Shown: piece by piece, positions 1 to 10,707 of the stretch
Layout: each line of letters begins with the position of its first letter
How positions within the stretch are numbered: position 1 is the stretch's first letter
From: Nitrospirota bacterium
GTDB taxonomy: Bacteria; Nitrospirota; UBA9217
Assembly: GCA_963790205.1 (NCBI GenBank)
Contig: CAWBNQ010000002.1
Location: forward strand, 172,502 to 236,501
DNA: 64,000 nt
Direction: 5' to 3'
Notes under the pieces: model-generated
What the model was told of the DNA's origin: nothing
Database searches by the model: none
Seen by the model: the letters and a program-made list of their open reading frames with translations, nothing else
Program-made: the position numbers and the translations under genes

Positions 1-171
1 GAGGCCAAGTCGTTCGCCGAAGCCATCCTCGAGACCCGCTGCGATCTCACCTGCTGCACCGTGGTCGTCGGCCGCCACCATCACTCCAAGGCCGAAGAGT
101 TCCTTTTCGGCAGCACATCGAGCAAGCTCATCCATGAGGCCAAGAACTGCGCAATATGGGTCGTGGAGTAA
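1..171 (+). CDS. Universal stress protein, C-terminal fragment (truncated by window start)
   Basis: Frame 1 reads ...TVVVGRHHHSKAEEFLFGSTSSKLIHEAKNCAIWVVE*, typical of a USP C-terminus. Confidence 0.75.
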   Translation, partial: EAKSFAEAILETRCDLTCCTVVVGRHHHSKAEEFLFGSTSSKLIHEAKNCAIWVVE

Positions 172-476
172 ATCGGCTTACGGCTTGGGGCGGGACCCGT
201 AGAACAGAACGATCCGTCCTTCCCGAGAAGTATGGGGTAATCTGGTAAATGGAACTATTCTTCTTTTACTCTTTATCTTATTGTTCAATTCCATTATACT
301 TTCCGTAAACGATCCATGCATCTCTCCCGGAGATGCCCGGCGATGATATGCTTAACCGGATTTTCAGGATGTTCATTACCCTGAATGGTATGGACAGTTG
401 CTCGACGGGTTCAGGATGTACGCAAGGATATGAACATGGTCAAATCGCATCAACGCCGCACTCGGAGGAAACTACC

Positions 477-1055
477 ATGAAATCCTTCAGAAGCCTGTTC
501 CCCAGGGAGGACCGCGTCTGCCCTTGGTGGCTGGCGTATTCGTTCGACAATCCTCTTCGCCGTTTCCTGCACGATCCCCAGGCCCTCCTCGGTCCTTTTG
601 TCAGGGAAGGGATGACGGTCGCTGATATCGGATGCGGCATGGGATTTTTTTCGATCGCTATGGCGAGGATGGCGGGCGACAAAGGGACCGTTATTGCCGT
701 GGACCTTCAGCAGGAGATGCTCGATAGAATGCAGAAGCGGGCGGAGAAGGCCGGCGTCGCCTCCCAAATCCGCTCTGTTCTTGGAACAGAGGAAGATATC
801 GGTATCAAAGAACCGGTTGATTTCGTCCTGGCCTTCTGGATGGTTCACGAAGTGCCCGACATCCCGCAGTTTTTATCGCAGGTCAAGTCCGTCCTGAAGG
901 GGTCTGGGAAATTTCTTATCGCTGAACCCAGGATGCACGTTCCGAATCGCAAGTTTCAGGAGACTCTCGAATATGCCCGGTCAGCGGGCTTTCAGATCAG
1001 TGCCGCGCCGGGCATCAGGATCAGCCGGGCTGTGATCTTGTCGAGGAATATTTAA
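477..1055 (+). CDS. Class I SAM-dependent methyltransferase
   Basis: VADIGCGMGFF SAM-binding motif and VIAVDLQ; GGAGGA RBS before ATG 477. Confidence 0.85.
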   Translation: MKSFRSLFPREDRVCPWWLAYSFDNPLRRFLHDPQALLGPFVREGMTVADIGCGMGFFSIAMARMAGDKGTVIAVDLQQEMLDRMQKRAEKAGVASQIRSVLGTEEDIGIKEPVDFVLAFWMVHEVPDIPQFLSQVKSVLKGSGKFLIAEPRMHVPNRKFQETLEYARSAGFQISAAPGIRISRAVILSRNI

Positions 1056-1197
1056 CGAAGCGTAGTTGTCAGCGTGCGTCAGCTTGGGTTTTGCTGTACG
1101 AGCGGCACCGCAGGATCGTTTTGCAAACGACCCTTGGACCCGTTGCAGTCCCCGTAGGGACCGCAACGGCGTGACCTTACGGGAGGCCGAAGAGCTT

Positions 1198-2727
1198 ATG
1201 GAAATCCATCGCGTAAAGGAAAAGCGGACCAATCAGAGGCTCGCCATCGGGGTCGGCATCCTCGGTCTCGGGGCGGCTGCCGCGCTTTGTGTCCTCTTTT
1301 ATATCGTGATGCTGACAAATCCGGGAATGCTCCTCGGCCTCCTGCCGGGTCCGTCCAGGACCACGACTGTCAGGTCCGACGGCAACCGGATTTATCTTTT
1401 TTCCAGCAAACTTGACATGAGCACGGTTTCCTTTAAAGAGAAACGGGAGGCAGAGGAAAAGACCTACTTCGCTGTTTTAGAGGGAACGGACCTTTCGAAG
1501 CCGCGAGAAATCCCGGCGTTCGTAACTGCGGGCGGCTGGGACGGCCGGATCGTCCTTTTCAATGACGGGGGATACCGCTCTTTTGACGGCACCCGCTGGA
1601 CTGACGTGCGGACGGCCGGCATCGGGAATGGTCCAAAGGGGATCGCAACGCCCCAGGGATTGTACGTCATGAGCAGGTTTGCCGATGGGCTGCACATTAC
1701 CCGGGTCCGGGACGACTCGTCAATAGACATCCCTCTTCCGGAGGAGTTTCTCCGCTCCGGCCCCGACTATGCGTTCCCCTTCTCAGAACTGGTCTGGTAC
1801 CAGGGACAGCTTTGTTTATTCTGGTCAACGAACGACTCCATCAATTGGACGTGCTGGAACGGCGCGGCGTGGGCGCCGGCCGCCGCGTCGCCCTTCTCCG
1901 GAGCATTTCAGGTTACTGCAGACGAGAAGCGGCTGTATTTCATTCACCAGGAAGATGCGGGCCCTCAACGTACGCTCAGCTGCTATGTGTTCGAGAACAA
2001 CGCATGGAGCGGCCCCTCTATCCTCCCCGTGCAGCACGGCTTCAATGACTGGGGAGTATTCGTACACCGGGGGAAACCCCTGCTCTTCGTACGGCGTTCT
2101 TTTTTCCAGACGCTCTACACGATCGAGAAAGGGACCCTTGCAAACCCGATCCGCCTCATAGACACGTTTCATCCGCTGCGTATCGCGGAAAGAATGGCCC
2201 TTATCGCGTTTTTCGCAAGCCTGGCGCTCCTCGTGTTCATCTTTGGCGTCTCGGCGCTCATCGGGACAAACAAGAACCGAAGCTGGCGGCAGGACAAGGA
2301 GCACTATGAGTTTGCCAGCCTGTTCAGGAGGTCCCTCGCGTATTTTATTGACACACTGGTCATCCTCATTCCGGCAGCACTCGTGATCGCGTGGTTTATT
2401 GCCATGGAGGAAATCCCCTGGAACCCCTTTCAGTTCATGCTCATGGTCCTGTTTACCGCGGCATGGTATCTGCTCGGCGGCTTCCTGTATCATACTCTGC
2501 TCGAAGGCCTGTTCGGTGCGACCCTGGGAAAGAAGATCTGCGATATTAGAGTGCTCAAGGCGGATTTCACCCCCTGCGGGATCGGCGCCGGGTTTCTCCG
2601 GAACCTGCTGCGGATCGTCGATAGTTTCCTTTATTATCTGGTGGGTGCAATTGCCCTGGCAGGAACGCTCAAGTGGCAGCGTCTCGGCGATAGGGCAGCC
2701 GGGACCGTCGTCGTGCGGCAGAAATGA
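1198..2727 (+). CDS. RDD-family membrane protein with large extracytoplasmic domain
   Basis: C-terminal RDD motifs (ASLFRRSLAYFID, GATLGKKI, RNLLRIVD, QRLGDRAAGTVVV); N-terminal TM helix; GGAGG upstream of ATG 1198. Confidence 0.8.
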   Translation: MEIHRVKEKRTNQRLAIGVGILGLGAAAALCVLFYIVMLTNPGMLLGLLPGPSRTTTVRSDGNRIYLFSSKLDMSTVSFKEKREAEEKTYFAVLEGTDLSKPREIPAFVTAGGWDGRIVLFNDGGYRSFDGTRWTDVRTAGIGNGPKGIATPQGLYVMSRFADGLHITRVRDDSSIDIPLPEEFLRSGPDYAFPFSELVWYQGQLCLFWSTNDSINWTCWNGAAWAPAAASPFSGAFQVTADEKRLYFIHQEDAGPQRTLSCYVFENNAWSGPSILPVQHGFNDWGVFVHRGKPLLFVRRSFFQTLYTIEKGTLANPIRLIDTFHPLRIAERMALIAFFASLALLVFIFGVSALIGTNKNRSWRQDKEHYEFASLFRRSLAYFIDTLVILIPAALVIAWFIAMEEIPWNPFQFMLMVLFTAAWYLLGGFLYHTLLEGLFGATLGKKICDIRVLKADFTPCGIGAGFLRNLLRIVDSFLYYLVGAIALAGTLKWQRLGDRAAGTVVVRQK

Positions 2728-2793
2728 CACGGAGGGGGCTGAGGCTCACTGTCCACACAGGAAAGAGATGATTTGTGAAGAAAGAAGCATCGG

Positions 2794-3012
2794 ATGGAAA
2801 AGCATGAACAACCGAAGAGACTGCTCGTTATTCTAGCCATTCTCGCGTCAATCTATCTCTTGAACGATCTTCTCTTCATGCGGGCGGCGGCCCTCTGGGG
2901 GCCTCCCGATGCTGGCGATGATCAGGGCCGGGTCGGCGGTGCGGTACCGGCCATGATCGTTCACTCTATTACAGACCTGGACCTGGTGAGCCTAGGGGGT
3001 TCGCTCCCGTGA
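2794..3012 (+). pseudogene. Possible remnant of a CPBP/CAAX-protease-like membrane gene
   Basis: Short ORF with a hydrophobic N-terminus and a PAMIVHSITD motif; the central part appears missing. Confidence 0.3.
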
Positions 3013-3188
3013 CCTGGTTCAAGTTTATGAAGTAAAAACCAGACCAAACCGCTCCTCGCGGGCCTCATTCGTAAATTCGGGAGGAGCTAAAGACAGGCCG
3101 CTGGCGCGGGGTTCCCAAGCCCTGCTCTCTTTCAGCCTTGTTTCATGCCCTCTTCAGAGCTAAAAATTATTACACCCGCGTGAAATTT

Positions 3189-3242
3189 GGACTAAATATG
3201 GTATAAGTTTTGGCTTGACAACACAACATGTTGTGTTATACT
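3189..3242 (+). promoter_or_regulatory. Tandem NrdR boxes overlapping the sigma70 promoter of nrdJ
   Basis: GGACTAAATATGGTAT (3189-3204) and perfect palindrome ACACAACATGTTGTGT (3221-3236), 32 bp apart. TTGACA (3215-3220) and TATACT (3237-3242) flank the second box. Confidence 0.85.
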
Positions 3243-3513
3243 TCACAACAGTTTGCGAATTAATTCATAAGCCTTGCAGCACCCGTTTCAACCCGCATTA
3301 CCTTGTTTGTCTTCAAAACTGAACACCCAAAAACGCGACAGGCGGTAAATCAGACATGATGCGGTGTTTGTGTTTTACGAATAACTTCTCAGTCGTAACA
3401 TTCTGTTCTTCCGATCGGAAGAACAGAGAGCGATAAGGAGTACTGAAATCAGGGCGAGGACCTCGCCCTGATTTTGTTTTCATCTCAATCTTATTATACA
3501 GGAGGGGGTTTTT

Positions 3514-5868
3514 ATGAAGAGCGCGGCTTCCGTCTCTGCTTCAGCATCCGGCAAGGGTCTCAACCTGAACGAAAATAGCCTCAAGGTCCTCGAAAAACGC
3601 TACCTCAAGCGCAATGAGGACGGGACCGTCATCGAGACGGCAGTGGACATGTTCACGCGCGTGGCCCGGACCATTGCCGAGGGCGACCGCGCCTACGGCA
3701 AGTCCGCCGCCGACGTGGAGCGGATTGCGACCGAGTTCTACCGCCTCATGACCTCCCTCGAATTCCTGCCGAACAGCCCCACGCTCATGAACGCAGGGCG
3801 CGAGCTCGGCCAGCTCTCGGCCTGCTTCGTGCTGCCCGTGGGCGATTCCATGGACGAGATCTTTGAGTCCGTGAAGCACGCCGCGCTCATCCACAAGTCC
3901 GGCGGCGGCACGGGCTTCTCCTTCTCGCGCATCCGTCCGAAGAACGACGTGGTGAAGTCTACCAAGGGTGTCTCCTCCGGTCCCATCTCGTTCATGACCG
4001 TGTTCGACGCGGCCACCGAGACGGTGAAGCAGGGTGGCACGCGCCGCGGCGCCAACATGGGCATCCTCTCGGTGGACCACCCGGATGTCCTCGATTTCGT
4101 CACCTGCAAGCAGCAGAACGACCGGCTCAACAACTTCAACATCTCCGTGGCCATGACCGATCCCTTCATGGATGCGGTGGAGAAGGACGGCGAGTACGAC
4201 CTCGTCTCCCCCCGCAACAAGGGCGTGGTGAAGCGGCTCCAGGCCCGCAAGGTCTTCGACACCATCGTGAACATGGCCTGGAAGAACGGCGATCCCGGCA
4301 TCATTTTCCTGGACCGCATCAATCAGTACAATCCTACGCCGCACGTGGGCAAGGTGGAATCCACGAACCCCTGCGGAGAGCAGCCGCTGCTCCCGTACGA
4401 GTCCTGCAACCTGGGCTCGATCAACCTCGCGAGAATGGTCGCACAGCACGGAAAAGCGGTCGATTTCGACAAACTCCGCCACACGGTGCGGCAGGCGGTC
4501 CACTTCCTCGATAACGTGATCGACGTGAACCGCTATCCCATCGACAAGATCCGCGAGATGACCCGGGCGAACCGCAAGATCGGCCTTGGCGTCATGGGCT
4601 TCGCCGACATGCTCCTTGAGATGGGCATACCATACAGCTCGGACGAAGCGGTCAAGCTCGGCGAAAAGGTCATGAAGTTCATCAGCGATGAAGGCCGCAC
4701 CATGAGCGAGGAACTGGCCAGGGAGCGCGGGGCCTTTCCGAACTTCAAGGGCAGCATCTACGACAAACCGGGCCAAGCGCCGGTCAGGAACGCCACGGTG
4801 ACGACGATCGCGCCGACTGGGACCCTTTCCATTATCGCCGGCTGTTCCTCCGGCATCGAGCCGCTTTTCGGGCTCACCTTCATCCGGAGGGTCATGGACG
4901 GCGCGGAACTCCTTGAAGTGAACCCCGTGTTCGAGCGGGTGGCGAAGGAGCGGGGGTTCTATTCCGACGAACTCATGAAGGAGATCGCCGAGCACGGCGG
5001 CTGCACGAACGTTGCGACCGTGCCCGAGGCCGTGCAGAAGGTCTTCGTCACGGCCCATGACATTACGCCCGAGTGGCACATCCGCATGCAGGCCGCGTTC
5101 CAGAAGTACACCGACAACGCGGTGTCCAAGACCGTGAACTTCCCGCACGACGCCACACAGAAGGACGTCGAGAAGGTGTATTTGCTGGCCTACAAACTCG
5201 GCTGCAAGGGCGTGACGATTTACCGGGACGGCTCCCGCGACGAGCAGGTGCTCAGTACGGGCGCCACGGAAAAGGCGCGCAAGGCCGCGGGCCAGCACGT
5301 GACCGTCGCCTCCGCCTCGCCCGAGCTGGCCGAGGAGAAGAAGCCGCGCCACCGGCCGCTCCTTACCCAGGGCGTCACCCAGAAAATCCCCACGGGCTGC
5401 GGCAATCTCTATATTACGATCAACGAGGACGAAGAAGGCATCTGCGAGGTCTTCTCGACCATGGGCAAGTCCGGCGGGTGCGCCGCCAGCCAGTCCGAGG
5501 CCGTCTCCCGCATGGTGTCCCTTGCGCTCCGGTCCGGCGTATCGATCGACTCTATCATCAAGCAGGTGAAAGGCATCCGTTGTCCCTCGCCGGCCTGGGG
5601 AGAAGGCGGCTCCATCCTGTCCTGCCCCGACGCCATCGGCCGGGCGCTCGAGCGCTACATGAAAGAGGGCGTGAACCATCGCTACCAGAAGCCCAAGACC
5701 GCTGCTGCTCCGCAGGCGACAGTCGGCTACGCTTCATCCGATTGCACTCAGGGCGGCAACAAGAACCACCTCGGTCTCTGCCCCGAATGCCCGGATTGCG
5801 GCGGTCTCCTGGAGTTCGGCGAAGGCTGCGCCTTCTGCCGGGGTTGCGGGTTCTCGAAGTGCGGGTAA
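3514..5868 (+). CDS. nrdJ: Class II (adenosylcobalamin-dependent) ribonucleotide reductase with C-terminal TSCPD/zinc-ribbon region
   Basis: [45 protein letters not shown] and C-terminal CPDC...CRGC; NrdR boxes upstream; no nrdB nearby. Confidence 0.93.
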   Translation: MKSAASVSASASGKGLNLNENSLKVLEKRYLKRNEDGTVIETAVDMFTRVARTIAEGDRAYGKSAADVERIATEFYRLMTSLEFLPNSPTLMNAGRELGQLSACFVLPVGDSMDEIFESVKHAALIHKSGGGTGFSFSRIRPKNDVVKSTKGVSSGPISFMTVFDAATETVKQGGTRRGANMGILSVDHPDVLDFVTCKQQNDRLNNFNISVAMTDPFMDAVEKDGEYDLVSPRNKGVVKRLQARKVFDTIVNMAWKNGDPGIIFLDRINQYNPTPHVGKVESTNPCGEQPLLPYESCNLGSINLARMVAQHGKAVDFDKLRHTVRQAVHFLDNVIDVNRYPIDKIREMTRANRKIGLGVMGFADMLLEMGIPYSSDEAVKLGEKVMKFISDEGRTMSEELARERGAFPNFKGSIYDKPGQAPVRNATVTTIAPTGTLSIIAGCSSGIEPLFGLTFIRRVMDGAELLEVNPVFERVAKERGFYSDELMKEIAEHGGCTNVATVPEAVQKVFVTAHDITPEWHIRMQAAFQKYTDNAVSKTVNFPHDATQKDVEKVYLLAYKLGCKGVTIYRDGSRDEQVLSTGATEKARKAAGQHVTVASASPELAEEKKPRHRPLLTQGVTQKIPTGCGNLYITINEDEEGICEVFSTMGKSGGCAASQSEAVSRMVSLALRSGVSIDSIIKQVKGIRCPSPAWGEGGSILSCPDAIGRALERYMKEGVNHRYQKPKTAAAPQATVGYASSDCTQGGNKNHLGLCPECPDCGGLLEFGEGCAFCRGCGFSKCG

Positions 5869-6019
5869 TTGCAATGCGGATAACCCCTCGCTTCTGATGG
5901 GGAGGGGGAATAAAAGTCCTCATTTTCGATAGTAATGACCTGGTTTCGATAGCATACCGGAGGCAGCGTGAGACAGCATCCCGTATCATCGCAGGACAAT
6001 CTGAGACCGTCTGAATAAC

Positions 6020-6051
6020 AAAAACCGGGAGTTTTTTCTCCCGGTTTTTTT
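6020..6051. terminator. Bidirectional intrinsic terminator
   Basis: AAAAACCGGGAG-loop-CTCCCGGTTTTTTT. Confidence 0.75.
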
Positions 6052-6124
6052 GCAGGTGTAAAGGCTGACTTGTCAGCCAGGCCACCTATTTTGCACTAAC
6101 TTTCTGTATTTAAAGGAGATTTTA

Positions 6125-6316
6125 ATGAAGCTTGAGGAGGTCATTTACGAACTTTACCGGCTTGCCGAAACCAGGCAGTGGGATGGCAAAGCAACGGACG
6201 AAGCCCTTGCCTCTGCTATCGAGGGTATGGAGAAGATATGGGAGGTACAGCAGGCGGACAGGAGAAAGAGCGCCATGGTCAAAGCGAACAAGAAACAGCC
6301 GAGAATGTGGTCTTAA
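6125..6316 (+). CDS. Small hypothetical protein
   Basis: 63-aa ORF with AAGGAG RBS. Confidence 0.5.
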   Translation: MKLEEVIYELYRLAETRQWDGKATDEALASAIEGMEKIWEVQQADRRKSAMVKANKKQPRMWS

Positions 6317-6340
6317 TCGCTGAACCGGCATAAAAAAAAC

Positions 6341-6369
6341 TTGACATTTGATTGATATGATTCTAAATT
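6341..6369 (+). promoter_or_regulatory. Putative sigma70 promoter
   Basis: TTGACA-17 bp-TAAATT preceded by an A-tract. Confidence 0.55.
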
Positions 6370-6505
6370 AATTTCTAAGAGCATTGCCGCACGACAGAAT
6401 CGTGCGATTCTCGAAGTATTCTAAAAGCGCAGCTCAACAGAGTCGGTGTACGGCCATGAAGCCCGGAAAACGGGTTATCAGCTTAACCTAAGGAGGGGGA
6501 CGCGT

Positions 6506-6856
6506 ATGGGTATTGAGAGGATCATGCAGTATGAGTGCAGGGTCTGCGGCAGGAAGATAGATGTGACCAGGACCGGCGATGTGTATGAGGAGCCGGTGTA
6601 TTGCTGCGGTCTGGAGGCCACAGAGGCCAGAGTACCGGCGGTGCCCGCTGCGCCTGCGGCAAAGAGGCCTGTAAAGAAAAAGGCTAAGAAGGCCGCTAGG
6701 AGGAAACCTGCTAAAAAGAAGGCCAAAAAGGCAGTAAAGAAAAAGGCAGGAAAGAAAGCTGCAAAGAAGAAGGCGGCCGGGAAAAAAGCGACTAAAAAGA
6801 AAGCGACCAGAAAAAAGGCTACCGGAAAAAAGAAAGCCGCGAAAAAGAGACGATAA
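6506..6856 (+). CDS. Lys/Ala-rich histone H1-like protein with N-terminal desulforedoxin-like Cys motif
   Basis: YECRVCG...VYCCG followed by a KKKAKKAA-type tail; AGGAGG RBS; downstream terminator. Confidence 0.7.
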   Translation: MGIERIMQYECRVCGRKIDVTRTGDVYEEPVYCCGLEATEARVPAVPAAPAAKRPVKKKAKKAARRKPAKKKAKKAVKKKAGKKAAKKKAAGKKATKKKATRKKATGKKKAAKKRR

Positions 6857-6881
6857 TTTTCGTCAAGACAGGCATAACGTT

Positions 6882-6914
6882 AAGGCACCCGGATATGCAC
6901 CGGGTGCCTTTTTT
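6882..6914 (+). terminator. Intrinsic terminator
   Basis: AAGGCACCCGG-loop-CCGGGTGCCTTTTTT. Confidence 0.8.
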
Positions 6915-6973
6915 GTTGCAAGGGTATTCATAAAACTGTTGACGAAGGGACTGCCAAACCGTAGGATTTACGC

Positions 6974-7756
6974 ATGCGAACCGATGCCTACCATGAACGA
7001 CGCATCCGGCGACTTGTGGGCCGGGCCATCAGCGACTTCGGGCTGATCGAAAACCGGGACCGGATACTTGTTGCGCTGTCGGGCGGCAAGGACAGCTGGA
7101 CGCTGCTCCATATGCTGGAAAGCCTGAGACAACGGGCGCCTGTCCGGTTCTCGCTGGTCCCGGTGACCGTGCACCCGGGGTTTCCCGGTTTTGAGACCGG
7201 GCTGATGGAGGCGTATCTTCGTACGCGGGCCCCTGAATACCGCATCGTACGCGCGCCCATCCACGAGACCATGATCGAGAAACTTGCGCCCGACGATACG
7301 CCTTGTTCCCTCTGCGCCCGGATCCGCCGCGGCGTGCTGTACACCCAGGCAGTTGAACTCGGCTGCACGAAGATCGCCCTCGGTCATCACCGTGAGGATT
7401 TCATCGAGACGCTTCTGCTCAATCAATTTTATAACGGCAAGATCAAGGCCATGACGCCGCGCCTCACAGCCGATGACGGCCGGAACGTGGTGATCCGCCC
7501 GCTCGTCTATGTGGCCGAGGAAAATATCGTCCGGTTCGCCTCCGCTGCGGGTTTCCCCGTCACCTGCTGCGCCTGCCCCTCCTGCGGTGATCCGGACATG
7601 AAGCGCGTGAGGATAAAAAAGCTTCTCGCCGGCCTCGAGCGAGACCAGCCGGGCATAAAATCGAGCCTGCTTGCGGCGCTCTCCGACGTGGACCGGCGGC
7701 ATCTGCCGTTAAAAACGGCGAAAAATATAGTATGTCGCGCGGGAAGTGACTCATGA
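6974..7756 (+). CDS. ttcA: tRNA 2-thiocytidine(32) synthetase
   Basis: SGGKDS PP-loop, PCSLCARIRRG, IALGHHRED, VIRPL, CxCxxC. Confidence 0.85.
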   Translation: MRTDAYHERRIRRLVGRAISDFGLIENRDRILVALSGGKDSWTLLHMLESLRQRAPVRFSLVPVTVHPGFPGFETGLMEAYLRTRAPEYRIVRAPIHETMIEKLAPDDTPCSLCARIRRGVLYTQAVELGCTKIALGHHREDFIETLLLNQFYNGKIKAMTPRLTADDGRNVVIRPLVYVAEENIVRFASAAGFPVTCCACPSCGDPDMKRVRIKKLLAGLERDQPGIKSSLLAALSDVDRRHLPLKTAKNIVCRAGSDS

Positions 7757-7945
7757 TGGAGGGGATGCCGGCGGATATCGGCGTACGGCGCGAAAAGGCG
7801 TTGGCGCGCCCATGACGAGGTATAGTATAATTGAACAAGCTCAGGATGTCCTGCACCCGGACTTCAAACTGATTGACAGCGTTTGCATGTATGGCTTATA
7901 ATTCGAGCTGGTGCGCAAACGGAACGGGCGTCGCGAGCGGGGGAG

Positions 7946-8653
7946 ATGTCGATGACCGAAAAAAAGAAGCTTGGCGATATCTTAAAGGAAACCGGGCTGA
8001 TCGACGATTTCCAGCTCGAGTCGGCGCTGTCGCACCAGCGTAAATGGGGAGGGAAACTGGGGTCCATCATTGTGGAGTTCGGCTTCGTTCAGGAGTCGGA
8101 ATTGGCAAGGGTGCTCGCGGAAAAGCTGAGCCTTCCCTATGTGAACCTGTTCGATCCCGAAATACCCGAGACAGTCACGAACCTGATCAAGCCGGAGATA
8201 GCGCGAAAGTACCACGTTATCCCCGTGAAAAAAGAGGGGAAGTCACTCGTGCTTGCGATGGCTGACCCGTTGGACCTTGAGGCGATGGACTCGATCCGGT
8301 TCGCCACCGGGAGCACCATAAAGCCGGCCCTGGCCATGGGGTCGGAAATCGAAAACGCAATTAAAAAATATTATGAGCATGAACAGGTCGCGTATAAGCT
8401 GCAATCGGCCGTTGCCGCGAATAAGGTCTCGTCGGGAAAGATGGAACTGATCCGAGGAAGCGAACTCAACATGCCGAAGGCCCCGGAGACCGACGCAGCG
8501 TCGCCTATCCTGTCCAGGGAAGACGCTGCGCAGCAGACGCAGGCGGACACCAAGGTGCGGCTCGACGCCCTGATCGCCGTGCTAATAGAAAAAGGGCTGG
8601 TCACGCGCGAAGAGCTTGTCAACATGATCTATCAGAAAAAGATGGGACTTTAG
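7946..8653 (+). CDS. Stand-alone MshEN/GspE N-terminal domain protein (likely c-di-GMP binding)
   Basis: KKLGDILKETGLI...QLESALSHQ...KLGSII tandem motif and LAMADPLDL; no ATPase domain. Confidence 0.75.
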   Translation: MSMTEKKKLGDILKETGLIDDFQLESALSHQRKWGGKLGSIIVEFGFVQESELARVLAEKLSLPYVNLFDPEIPETVTNLIKPEIARKYHVIPVKKEGKSLVLAMADPLDLEAMDSIRFATGSTIKPALAMGSEIENAIKKYYEHEQVAYKLQSAVAANKVSSGKMELIRGSELNMPKAPETDAASPILSREDAAQQTQADTKVRLDALIAVLIEKGLVTREELVNMIYQKKMGL

Positions 8654-8668
8654 GGAGGGGCAACGGGC

Positions 8669-9064
8669 ATGAAAGTCATAGCGATAAAAGGCATGGTTCT
8701 CTTTTTTCTTCTCGCGGCCGGCGCCGTGTCGGCCCGGGAGCTGAAAGGTCCCAGAATAGAGGTGAAGGAGGAGCAGTACAGCATGGGAAGCGTCGCGCAG
8801 GGGAAACAGGCCACGCACGTGTTCGAGGTCAGGAACGCGGGGACCGAACCCCTGGTTATCGACAGCCTTAAACCTTCCTGAGGGTGCACCGCTGCGGTGA
8901 TTAGTTCTAATCGCCTGGAACCGGGGAGCGTGGGACAGATCAAAGTCACGGTGGATACGGACGGAAGAGTCGGACGCCTCGAAAAATATATTGCTGTCTA
9001 TTCGAATGACCGGACAACTCCGGTGCTCACGCTTACGGTGACCCTGGATATTGTACAAAAGTGA
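8669..9064 (+). CDS. DUF1573-like exported protein, probable selenoprotein (in-frame TGA 8879-8881)
   Basis: Signal peptide; FEVRNAGTEPLVIDSLKPS-[TGA]-GCTA where the family has SCGCT. The frame stays open to TGA 9062 with family-like IKVTVDT...IAVYSND. Confidence 0.85.
8896..8915 (+). promoter_or_regulatory. Putative bacterial SECIS element
   Basis: 8-bp stem GGUGAUUA/UAAUCGCC with GUUC apical loop beginning 22 nt after the UGA. Confidence 0.7.
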
Positions 9065-9463
9065 TGGGAAATGACGGATCGGGACCTGCGGAACGGCTCG
9101 TACTATTTTCTTGACAATTTTCCGCGGCTTATGCTACTCTCCTATGGTTTTGGCCTGAATTCTGGAGCGAGCACATTCCCGGAGCTTGCTGCGGGGAATG
9201 CGAGCGAATCGAGATGCCTGCAGATGCCTATTCGAACCTTCATTTGCTGCAGGGAGCTTCAATTATTCAAAGAGAGGCAGTACTCTATCGTGAAACAGCA
9301 CAGACATCCGCAATATCCCAGCGACCTGCCAACCCCGGGCATAGGTCCCGCCCCGGCGGGACTATAATTTTTTTGTACAAACTCAAAGCGTTTCGATCTG
9401 TTCAGCTGTTTACGTTATACTAATCCGACTAAATACAGTAAAGAATTTTTGGAGGGTATCCCT

Positions 9464-10600
9464 ATGCAGAAAAAATATCTTTTAGCCCCTGGCCCGACTC
9501 CCGTGCCGCCTGAGGCGCTCCTGGCCATGGCCATGCCGATCATTCATCACCGGGCGCCTGATTTTTTGCCCGTGCTCGATGCCGCGAAGAAGGGCCTCCA
9601 GTGGCTCTACCAGACCAGGAACGACGTGCTCATCCTCTGCGCCACAGGAACCGGCGGCATGGTGGGCTCGGTGACCAACTTCCTGAGCCCCGGCGACGAC
9701 GTGCTCGTGATCAACGGCGGTAAGTTCGGCGAACGCTGGACCAAGATCTGTCAGGCCTACGGTATGAAGGTCGAGGAACTCATCGTGGAGTGGGGCCATG
9801 CGGTAAAGCCCGAGCAGGTGGATGCAGCGCTCAAGAAGAACCCGAAGATCAAGGCCGTGTTCGTTCAGGCGAACGAAACTTCGACCGGCGTGTACCACGA
9901 TGTCAAGTCCGTTGCCGCTGTGGTCAGGAAAACCGGCGCACTCTTTGTCGTTGACGCGATTTCGGCCCTTGTGGCGCATGATATCAAGACCGACGAGTGG
10001 GGCATCGATGTGATGATCGGCGGCTCACAGAAGGGCGTGATGCTTCCTCCCGGCCTCGCTTTTGTATCGGTCAGCGACAAGGCGTGGAAAATGGCGGATA
10101 CGGCCAAGACGCCGAAGTTCTATTTCAACTTCAAGAAGGAACGCGAGAACCTGGCCAAGAACCAGACGAACTTCACCTCGGCGGTGACGCTCATCATCGG
10201 TCTGAACGCCAGCATCAAGATGCTTCAGGAAGAAGGGCTGGAGAATGTGTTCAGCCGCCACGAGAGGCTCGCGCGGGCCACCCGCGCGGCGGCCGGCGCA
10301 CTGGGCCTCAAGCTTTTCCCGAAAGAGAATCCGAGCAATGCGCTCACGGCCATCGAGGCGCCGGCCGGCGTCGACGGCCAGGCGATCTACAAAGATTTAC
10401 GCGTGAAGTACGGCATCACCGGCGCCGGCGGCCAGGACAAGCTCAAGGGCAAGATCTTCCGCATTGCGCATCTGGGTTATGCAGATACGTTCGATGTGAT
10501 CACCGCCGTGGCCGGCATCGAAATGGTTTTGAAGGGCCTGGGCCATCCGGTGAAACTCGGCACGGGCGTAGCCGCTGCGCAGGAAATTTTAATGAAATAA
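9464..10600 (+). CDS. Class V PLP aminotransferase (serine-pyruvate/alanine-glyoxylate type), likely serine biosynthesis
   Basis: PGPTPVP, NETSTGV, VDAIS, GSQKG (PLP Lys), FRIAHLG; directly upstream of serA. Confidence 0.88.
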   Translation: MQKKYLLAPGPTPVPPEALLAMAMPIIHHRAPDFLPVLDAAKKGLQWLYQTRNDVLILCATGTGGMVGSVTNFLSPGDDVLVINGGKFGERWTKICQAYGMKVEELIVEWGHAVKPEQVDAALKKNPKIKAVFVQANETSTGVYHDVKSVAAVVRKTGALFVVDAISALVAHDIKTDEWGIDVMIGGSQKGVMLPPGLAFVSVSDKAWKMADTAKTPKFYFNFKKERENLAKNQTNFTSAVTLIIGLNASIKMLQEEGLENVFSRHERLARATRAAAGALGLKLFPKENPSNALTAIEAPAGVDGQAIYKDLRVKYGITGAGGQDKLKGKIFRIAHLGYADTFDVITAVAGIEMVLKGLGHPVKLGTGVAAAQEILMK

Positions 10601-10707
10601 ACTGCTTTTCACCACGAAGTCACGAAGACGCGAAGTGATATCTCATTTAGCTTTATGTTTTCTTCGAGCCTTTGTGCCTTTGTGACAAACGATTTTTGGA
10701 GGATTTC

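Noticed and set aside
3541..5679. 712-aa antisense ORF and other long overlapping ORFs (for example 1825-2730, 6968-7702, 12371-13081)
   Set aside because: Shadow frames of GC-rich genes with clear motifs on the other strand; no recognisable domains.
9111..9460. Riboswitch or 6S RNA upstream of the aminotransferase-serA operon
   Set aside because: A TTGACA and a long non-coding stretch are present, but I could not match glycine, T-box or 6S consensus by eye; needs an Rfam scan.
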